The position numbers and the translations under genes were made by a program. Below the pieces are notes generated by a model, which made no database searches, was not told the origin of the DNA, and saw only the letters and a list, made by a program, of their open reading frames with translations. 64,000 nt of DNA from Octopus sinensis (lineage: Eukaryota), in assembly GCF_006345805.1 (NCBI RefSeq), contig NC_042998.1:12958001-13022000 (forward strand), read 5' to 3'. Below are positions 54,807 through 64,000 of this stretch, one piece after another (the stretch's first letter is position 1; each line of letters opens with the position of its first letter).

Positions 54807-54856
54807 TTTGTCAAAATATTTTCGTCGCTAAAATCCGCGACCTGTTCACTGACAAA
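54807..54856 (-). ncRNA. Type I hammerhead ribozyme with G3:C8 covariant core
   Basis: UUUGUCA-GUGAACA-G-GUCGC(GGAUUUUA)GCGAC-GAA-AAUAUU-U|UGACAAA: 7-bp stem I, 5-bp stem II, palindromic stem III. Confidence 0.7.
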
Positions 54857-54863
54857 GTGTTGT

Positions 54864-54902
<39 letters not shown>

Positions 54903-55235
54903 AAGTGTACATTTAAACACATAAGAGGTGGCCATAACAGGCTTCGCCAATTGTAAATTGTTTTATTTACAAAAGATTGCTTGAAACTATGCGTAGTTCA
55001 GGAAAAATAGGGTAAATGTTTTTATTTTTCATTCCCTTTCAGAATTACAACTGTTAGTAGTTTGTAGCTTAACTACTCTTTCTAGCGAGCCAGATGTCCT
55101 GTTATGGCCATCTCTTATGTGTGTAAAAGTAGACTGTACTTTTATATGAATAATATATAGTCTATTGACTAACTTGTTCTCGCTAGACCACTGGTAGCAA
55201 ATAATTTTTCTAATTTTTTTGCTACCCTAAGATGT

Positions 55236-55268
<33 letters not shown>

Positions 55269-55272
<4 letters not shown>

Positions 55273-55438
55273 CTTAGGGTGACCCGCTCTACGCGCGGGT
55301 AAGAGTGTGGTTGTTACTTTCTGTTGCTTCCTTTCTGTTTTTTATCACCGCATTCTCCCTCTTTATTTCTGTCCCCTTTCTCTCTTACTCTTCATTTCTC
55401 TCGGACTCTCCCTCGCTTTCTCTTACTCTCTATCTTTC

Positions 55439-55501
<63 letters not shown>

Positions 55502-56053
55502 CCCATTTATAAACAACAAAAGATCTTGAGTAAATTGAGAAAGAAAATATTTTGAAAGATCAATCAGGAATATCAGGCAGTGACAACAGAAAGGTCTGTT
55601 TCAAGGCAGAGAGCAAAACACTCAAATTTAAAAGGACAGACGAACTTGCAAGGTGAATAAAAAAAAAATATTGGATACCAAAGTTTGAGGGGATAGAATC
55701 TGAGGATAGTAGAGTCCCCGAGACTGGCATTTCTTAATGACGGACAGCAACGTAGTGGCAGTTTAACGGCTGGCGTAAAGTTTTGAACTTGATGTAAAAG
55801 AAAGTTTTGAAGGGATTCTTTCTCAGGACAGTAGACTCACCATGGCAAGCATTCAAAACTTCTTCATCATGGACAGCAACACATTGACGATTTAAAGGCT
55901 GGCGCAAATTTTTTAGCTTGATGTAACAGAGAATTCCTAAACACCCGCTCCTATAAATTTTAATGCCTTTCCAGGCCCATTTAGACCCCTTTTCACATTT
56001 TCGTTAATATAACCCGATTTTATTCGGGTCTAGTCGGGCCACATTTTATAAGA
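55269..56053 (-). mobile_element. Non-autonomous Helitron with internal (GATA)n
   Basis: Minus strand A|TCTTATAAAA start; hairpin acccgc-gcgtaga-gcgggt then CTAA|T end; internal (TATC)n at 55438-55500 and a duplicated ~50-bp block. Confidence 0.75.
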
Positions 56054-56177
56054 TGAGGAATTTTGTCCTGGAGGTCAGGCCTTTCATTTGAGGAAAACAA
56101 TAGTTGCCATGCAAACTCGCCAGCACTTTTGACATAGGTGTGCATATTTTCAGCTCAACCGACCACATAATGCACAC

Positions 56178-56214
<37 letters not shown>

Positions 56215-56218
<4 letters not shown>

Positions 56219-56286
56219 GTATTATATATTGTGTGTGTACGCATTAATATACAAATCTATACAAATTATATATATAATATATATAT

Positions 56287-56317
<31 letters not shown>

Positions 56318-57876
56318 GTATAAATACAGATATATACACTTTGTATATATACATTATATACATATTTATATATAGAACACATACACACATATATAAATTA
56401 ACCCAATAAATATCTGATTCATAATATTTGTTCTCATGATTGTGTGGTGGTGGTGTCGATAATAAAACTCTCTATAAATGCAGACAGACGTACAGAGAGA
56501 CAGAGAGAGAGAGAGTGAGAGGGTGCGGTGGAAGAAATAGTGACAGAGCTGGCGAAGGCGGCGGGGGATAGATGGAAAGATAGTAGTAGCTGTCAAACGC
56601 CGTTAGAGAGAAATTGTAAGGAAGAGAGGAAAGAGAGAGAGAGGAAGGAAGAACGACAGATAAGAAAATGAGAGAAGACTTGTCAAATTGTGCGTTTTTT
56701 GCCCTAGTAACCATACCTTTTAAGATAGGGATTTCTAACTTAGCCCACTCACATCCTCACTTCATTTTAAATGTAAATTTTGGAGTCAATCCGACGGGAT
56801 CTAGTGGCTTTTATCCCGTTCCCATGCCAAAATGAGACAAACTTTTCGCATTTCAGATTTATAGATATGGATATGATATATATATTTATCTTTTGTACGA
56901 AATAAGCACGATGTCTGTTTTGAATGTATGCATCATATTCCAGCTGTTAGGATAGCTGTATCAATAAGACACCAGAGAAGACATTTTGCACGGTTTACTG
57001 AATCACACTCATAGGCTCATTAAAATGATTCTGAAGTCTGAAATAACACAAGATTTTGGCATACTTACGGTTAAAATTTAGCTCATATAAACCATTCAGA
57101 AACCATACGAGACATCTCATACAAATCGATAAAATTTCATATCATTCATTTATCGTTTCACATATATATATAAATTTGGCAGGATATCAATTATGCCCTC
57201 AAATAAAGAATGTTCGACAAGAATTAGTATGAAATGTATACCTATGTACAATACAACCCCTACTATGAATAAGTGCAAATGTACCTTGTAACTCACTGTT
57301 CTACTTCACTAAATAACACATATAATGTTACCACACCATCTAGATATAAACGGTAGCCGTGTTACACAGTAACAGTAAATATACTGTAAAACGGAATAAG
57401 AGACGGCGATATTTAGATATGATGATACACAAATATGAATAAATGGCATCAATCCTAACAAGAATCCTTTTAATCCAATTGCCAATTTGCACCCACATAC
57501 AGCATAAAGAGATATGCATGAGATTGAGACCTACCTCTAATAGAAGGATTCCCGGGAGGAACAAATGGTTAACATATAATGGGAGAAATGATGACTAAAC
57601 TGAGAAAAATGATCGTATATGTGTACGTGTGTGTATGTGGGGTGTGTGTGTGTGTGGAGTGCACGCACGCGCGCGGATACACACACACACACACATATAT
57701 ATAATATGCAATTTTTTCCTCTCTTGTTTCTTTCCTGTGTATCTTTGTCGAAGAGCGTAGGCTCGAAACGTAAAACTTGTTTTATTTCTATTCCTGAGCG
57801 CCATACTAATAGATTGTTTGTTTGTACTCCACCTGCTTCGTCTTTTGTTTATTTTCGTAATCTTCCCATTATATTG

Positions 57877-57923
<47 letters not shown>

Positions 57924-59617
57924 ATCTATAATATATATATATATACGTATTATATATATGTGTGTGCTACGCACATTATATATACAAATCTTTACCAATA
58001 TATATCTATTATATATATATATATATATAGATACATATATATATATGTATAACACAGATATACACTTTGTTATATATACATTATATATACATATTTATAT
58101 ATAGAACACATACACACATATATAAATTAACCCAATAAATATCTGATCATAATATTGTTCTCCATGATGTTGTGGTGCTAGTGTTTAGTGTCGATAATAA
58201 AACTCTCTATAAATGCAGACAGACGTACAGAGAGAGACAGAGGAGAGAGAGTGAGAGGGGCGGTTGGAGAAATAGTGACAGAGCTGGCGAAGGCGGCGGG
58301 GGATAGATGGAAAGATAGTAGTAATGGTCAACGGCCGTTAGAGAGAAATTGTAAGGAAGAGAGGAAAGAGAGAGAGAGAAGAAAGAACGACAGATAAGAG
58401 AATGAGAGAAGACTTGTCAAATTGTGCGTTTTTTGCCCTTAGTAAGTAAACCATACCTTTTAAGATAGGGATTTCTAACTTAGCCCACTCACATCCTCAC
58501 TTCATTTTAAATGTAAATTTTGGAGTCAATCCGACGGGATCTAGTGGCTTTTATCCCGTTCCCATGCCAAAATGAGACAAACTTTTCGCATTTCAGATTT
58601 ATAGATATGGATATGATTAAATATTTATCTTTTGTACGAATAGCACGATGTCTGTTTTGAATGTATGCATCATATTCCAGCTGTTAGGATAGCTGTATCA
58701 ATAAGACACCAGAGAAGACACGTTGCACAGTTTACTGAATCACACTCATAGGCTCATTAAAATGATTCTGAAGTCTGAAATAACACAAGATTTTGGCATA
58801 CTTACGGTTAAAATTTAGCTCATATAAACCATTCAGAAACCATACGAGACATCTCATACAAATCGATAAAATTTCATATCATTCATTTATCGTTTCACAT
58901 ATATATATAAATTTGGCAGGATATCAATTATGCCCTCAAATAAAGAAATGTTCGACAAGAATTAGTATGAAATGTAGAACTATGTACAATACAACCCCTA
59001 CTATGAATAAGTGCAAATGTACCTTGTAACTCACTGTTCTACTTCACTAAATAACACATATAATGTTACCAACACCATCTAGATATAAACGGTAGCCGTG
59101 TTTACAGTAACAGTAAATACTGAAAACGGATCAAGAGACGGCGATATTTAGATATGATGATGACACAAATATGAATAAATAAGGCATCAAATCCTAACAA
59201 GAATCCTTTTAATCCAATTGCCAATTTGCAACCCACATACAGCATAAAATGAGATATGCATGAGATTGAGACTACCTCTAATAGAAGGATTCCCCGGGAG
59301 GAACAAATGGTTAACATATAATGGGAGAAATGATGACTAAACTGAGAAAAATGATCGTATATGTGTACGTGTGTGTATGTGTGTGTGTGTGTGTGTGTGT
59401 GAGTGCACGCACGCGCGCGGATACACACACACACACACATATATATATATATGCAAATTTTTTCTCTCCTTGTTTCTTTCCTGTGTATCTTTCTGTCGAA
59501 GAGCGTAGGCTCGAAACGTAAAAGACTTGTTTTATTTCTATTCCTGAGCGCCATACTAATAGATTGTTTGTTTGTACTCCACCTGCTTCGTCTTTGTTTT
59601 TTTCGTAAATCTTCCCA

Positions 59618-59670
<53 letters not shown>

Positions 59671-59690
59671 TATTGTAATATATATAGATA
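56215..59690 (+). repeat. ~1.74-kb tandem duplication (about 56215-57940 and 57941-59690)
   Basis: Collinear anchors offset by 1735-1748 bp; differences are mostly 1-3-nt indels. Confidence 0.9.
59488..59525 (+). ncRNA. Hammerhead-like fold with atypical core (A6U, extra A)
   Basis: UCUUU-CUGUCGA-A-GAGC(GUAG)GCUC-GAA-ACGU-A|AAAGA; the paralog at 57742-57775 lacks two core bases. Confidence 0.45.
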
Positions 59691-60087
59691 ATATATATAA
59701 TGTATGTATCTGTATATATATATATATATATATATATAGTATGTATATGTATATATACATATATATATATATGTTTATATATATATATATGTATTATATA
59801 TATATAATGTTGATATATATATATATAATGCATATATACATATTATATGTATGTATGTCTATGTAATATATACATAATATATGTATGTATGTATATGTAT
59901 AATACATATATATATATGTATGTATGTATATGTATATATACATATATATATATGTAGGTATGTATATGTATATATACATATATATATGTATGTATATATA
60001 TATATGTGTATGTATGTATGCATGTATTATATATATATATATATATATATACATACACACACACACAGATACACACACATGCATACA

Positions 60088-60245
60088 AATATATACGGCA
60101 GGCTTCTTTCAGTTTCCATCTATCAAATCCAGTCACAAGGGTTTCCTCGGCTCGGACTTTTCGTAGAAGACACCTGACCTAGGTGCCACGCAGTGAGGCT
60201 GAACCCAGAACTGTGTGGTTAGGAAGCAAGCTTCTTACAACACAA
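60088..60245 (-). mobile_element. 5' half of SINE family A
   Basis: ggcttctttcagtttccatctatcaaatcc...gctgaaccc...aagcaagcttcttac. Confidence 0.75.
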
Positions 60246-60329
60246 CGACAACGCATATGTGTATGTATGCATGTATGTATGCATGTATGTATGTATGTAT
60301 GTATGAATATATATATATATATATATTAT

Positions 60330-60361
<32 letters not shown>

Positions 60362-60362
60362 T

Positions 60363-60395
<33 letters not shown>

Positions 60396-60411
60396 TATAT
60401 ATAATATGTAT

Positions 60412-60455
<44 letters not shown>

Positions 60456-60482
60456 ATATATGTATATAATATAATAGATATG

Positions 60483-60604
<122 letters not shown>

Positions 60605-60655
60605 GTATAGGAAAGAATGGAGCTGAACGAAGATTTAACAAAATTCCTTCATTTT

Positions 60656-60741
60656 ATTTTCGACATATGTTTCGAAGTCTGCAAAATCCCTAATTCCGGA
60701 TGAATAAGGAGTCCATTATGCAGCTTTCTCTTCAGGAAAAT
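60656..60741 (-). ncRNA. Type I hammerhead ribozyme with extended stem II
   Basis: AUUUUC-CUGAAGA-GAAAGCUGCA(35 nt)UGCAGACUUC-GAAA-CAUAUG-UC|GAAAAU; canonical core, palindromic ACAUAUGU, stem II 8 of 10 pairs. Confidence 0.8.
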
Positions 60742-61024
60742 CCAGGAACTTAATTCTCCAACAAAATGCACAAGTTTTTCGATGACTGCTCACGAGGAGC
60801 CCATAGAGATAATGATAAATAATGTCTATTTATAGGGGGTGACGCCAGATTGGTTGAAAGTAGGAGAAAATGTCCGTTAAAATAGTTCAAGGGTTCAATC
60901 AGGGTTGGAGAAGGAAGGTAAAGGAAAATTAAAGTGAGGGAATGTATTCTGTATGACTGGTGTTTATATTTGATTTATTTTATGAATGAGTGCTCGTATG
61001 TATGAGTGTGTAAAATTGCCTTAA

Positions 61025-61055
<31 letters not shown>

Positions 61056-61359
61056 TGTGTGTGTGTGTCTGTGAATGCGTGAATGTGTGTGTTTGTGTCT
61101 GTGAATGCGTGAATGTGTGTGTGGAAGGCAGAGAGAAAGAATTAACGGTCAGGAGGTGAAAAGACTGTGTATGTGTGTTCGAATGTGTCAACTTAAGAGG
61201 GAGAGGGCAGATGGGGGCCACAATAGTAATGACAAGAGACAGAGTTACTGCTGGAATTGGTAGTAGTTCTTAGCAATTATGAGAAAGTCTTATAAACTAA
61301 AGGGATGAGATATCACATTTTAATTTTGTAGGAAATCCAGGGGTTATCTATATTAGACT

Positions 61360-61725
61360 TCATTCGTATGAGTGAAAGGTATGCTTTTTCCAGTGTAGGC
61401 ATCTGAAAGATCTCTCTACATTGGAGTTTATTAGTTTGCCTCGGGCAAACAGAATATGAAAGAGTTCGGAATTACAGAGGGCACAGATTTTTCTGCCCTT
61501 ATCAAACGGTAAGGACACCGATAATATTGACCATTCCAGCTTAAAAGTTGAATTTGCGTTCTTCAAACGCCAGACTAATTTGCTTAGGCCCGTGGCGTGC
61601 TGTTTACTCTTATCACGGAACGTGGAAAAATGATTTGATATCCTTGTGGCTAATTTAGAGGAGGTTGCGCCAATATAGAGGTAGACATCGGATCCAGCAG
61701 AAATTTTGTACTGGTAAGGGTGTTT
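61360..61725 (-). CDS. GIY-YIG endonuclease domain of the Penelope-like element (frame shifted from the upstream ORF)
   Basis: YQYKISAGSDVYLYIGATSSKLATRISNH...LSKLVWRLK...EWSIL...CALCNSE...LINS...CLH; open for 121 codons. Confidence 0.8.
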   Translation of the reverse strand, partial: KHPYQYKISAGSDVYLYIGATSSKLATRISNHFSTFRDKSKQHATGLSKLVWRLKNANSTFKLEWSILSVSLPFDKGRKICALCNSELFHILFARGKLINSNVERSFRCLHWKKHTFHSYE

Positions 61726-62600
61726 CTATTTTGGAGTTATTTGATAAGAACCTTAATCTATTGGGATTAGTTTCCGATACTAATACGGCGTTCTTATTTC
61801 TATGATGGTTGTAAAAATTACTGCTGGATTCGACACTATTCAACCTATTTTCATTACTATTTAAGGCAATATCACCTGCACATTCCCTGTTTCTGGGAAT
61901 GCTGTGATTGTTATTGTCCGTAAAACTACTGTTGTTAAAACCGCTGCTACTATTATTGTTGAGACCCCCTCCGTTAATGACCAGGCCAGTGCTCTTATCC
62001 TTATTATTATTACTAACGCCAATGCTGGTATGAAGGGTGCTAATATCTGTGCTATTTCTATTATTATTATTATTACTATATGTTATGTTGGAATCTGACA
62101 GGGCGGTGTCTCTGCTCATGGGTGACGAGACCTTATTTAGCAGCTTATTGTTATGGGAGGCAATTATCTGTGAGAGATTTTTAGTATTTGAGAAAGCAAT
62201 CCTTACTTTGTACGAATTGATAGTGGAGTAATATCTCGAATTTTTGGGAAAATTCCTGGCAATGGCTTGGCGAAACTGTAAAGGGAGGTTAGATCCGATT
62301 TGTTTTCCAAAGGGAATGACAAACCAGATATAGTTTTTTCTGTTCTTGTACTGGCTCGGAGTGTTAACTCTTACATTAAGGGGGGCATTGCTATGCAGAT
62401 TTAGTGTAACATCTAAGAAATTGGCCTTAGTTAGTTCGTTATCGAAAACTATGTTCATGCCCATCCTACTAAAGAACCTAGCTAATCTATTTCTAGTTTT
62501 CTGTATCATTCTGTTTGGGGCATTCTGTAGGTAAAACAGACAATCGTTGTTTGCTACCCAGTATCGGTTATCTTTCGAATTATCCGTAATAAGATATATC
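61715..62600 (-). pseudogene. PLE RT remnant (YxDD replaced by ANND, thumb partly deleted) plus N/S-rich linker
   Basis: ANNDCL, NFLDVTLNL, RKNYIWFVIPF, RNFPKNSRYYSTINSYKVRIAFSNTKNLSQIIASHNNKLLN within ORF 61655..62659. Confidence 0.75.
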
Positions 62601-62616
62601 ATTTGTCTACTTATAT

Positions 62617-62649
<33 letters not shown>

Positions 62650-62656
62650 GCATGCA

Positions 62657-62910
62657 CATGTATATATAAAAAAATATTCCGAATGAGACAAAAATCCAAG
62701 GTTGTGAAAGATTTTAGATCATTTATAAATAGGTCTTACAGCTGTTTCCGGGATATTTTATATATTCCTTAATTTTCTCACTCTGTCTCTGATAAAAAAA
62801 TTTATAAAATATCCCGGAAACAGCTGTAACGCCTTTTTATAAATATTCTAAATTCTTCCACAACTTTGGGTTTTTTCTCATTCAGAAAAAAGTTTTTATA
62901 TATACACATG
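62657..62910. repeat. Fold-back element (~105-bp arms) carrying degenerate hammerhead cores in both arms
   Basis: Arms about 62657-62762 and 62803-62910; GAAACAGCTGTA on both strands; gtctCTGATAA at 62785-62795. Confidence 0.75.
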
Positions 62911-63038
62911 CTGATATATTACATACGTTGGACTCCGAATCTGGAGCTTAAATATAGTCTGTCCATAGCACTTACTCGGCATTACTGACACCTTTGGGTC
63001 TTATTGACACCATTACTGCTCATAACCTCTACATACAC

Positions 63039-63039
<1 letters not shown>

Positions 63040-63077
<38 letters not shown>

Positions 63078-63307
63078 TGTATATATATATACGTATATAT
63101 GTTTGTATATATATATATATGTTTGTATATATATATATGTATGTATATATATATATGCTTGTATATATATATATATATTTATATATATGTATGTATATAT
63201 ACGTATATATATATATATGTATGTATATATACGTATATATATATGTATGTATGTATATATACGTATATATATGTATAGGTATATATATATGTATGTATAT
63301 ATATACT

Positions 63308-63351
<44 letters not shown>

Positions 63352-63362
63352 ATATATATACT

Positions 63363-63422
<60 letters not shown>

Positions 63423-63460
63423 GTGTATATATGTCTGTGTGTGTATGTGTTTGTATAAAT
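63040..63460. repeat. (TA)n/(TATG)n complex microsatellite
   Basis: Direct inspection. Confidence 0.95.
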
Positions 63461-64000
63461 TACGAATGAAAAGCAACTTGGCATACATATATATATGTAC
63501 ATACGCACTTGCTTATTTATAGCCACATATTATTTATATCATGAATGTAGTAAAAGAAATATATCATTTTCAACGTATACCCGATGTAGATAATGCAATA
63601 TATAATGCCGTGTTAATATCGGGTTAAACCCCACCACTAAGACTCCTATCCCTGTCATTTATAACTTTATCTATATTCCGTTCAATCGAAAAAAACCTAT
63701 AGACACACATGCACCCACCAGACACACACATATATATAAAGAATATCAAATACAAATAGCAAAATCTCAAGTGATGTTCATAGTTAATATGCTTTAGTTT
63801 GACGCTTAAGAGGAAATGAATTTATAAAGTAAATGTTCTGGGATAAACGTGTAGATTATGGACATAGCAATTCGTCGAATACTAGAAGGCCGAGACAGGA
63901 GGGGGAAATGAGTATGCGAAAGAGAGAAAAGAGTCACACAACTCAACATGAGCGATATATTTTGAGATAGAGTAAGAGAGAGTGAGGGGGCAAGTTTACC

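Overview
AT-rich, repeat-dominated eukaryotic DNA. The SINE families and (TA)n/(CA)n microsatellites resemble those of octopus (coleoid cephalopod) genomes; this is recognition from memory, not a database search. No host gene can be named, although a few small + strand exon candidates suggest the window may be mostly intron. Recognisable content: two bounded mariner elements plus a remnant, two RTE-clade LINE fragments, three R4/Dong-type fragments, two Penelope-like (PLE) copies, three non-autonomous Helitrons, many tRNA-derived SINEs and several hairpin/MITE elements. Most ORF-track entries are microsatellite artefacts. The strongest unexplained signal is RNA-level. A perfect tandem dimer of a 352-bp unit (45374-46088) carries, on the - strand of each unit, a canonical minimal type I hammerhead ribozyme, which is the architecture of a non-LTR retrozyme able to release a 352-nt (circular) RNA. 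Other hammerhead families lie nearby, including a G3:C8 covariant core (54807-54856) and one at the 3' end of a PLE whose RT is dead but whose GIY-YIG motifs are retained. A 2.0-kb ORF1(gag)-only retroelement is inserted with a 15-bp TSD into a SINE head (11236-13239).
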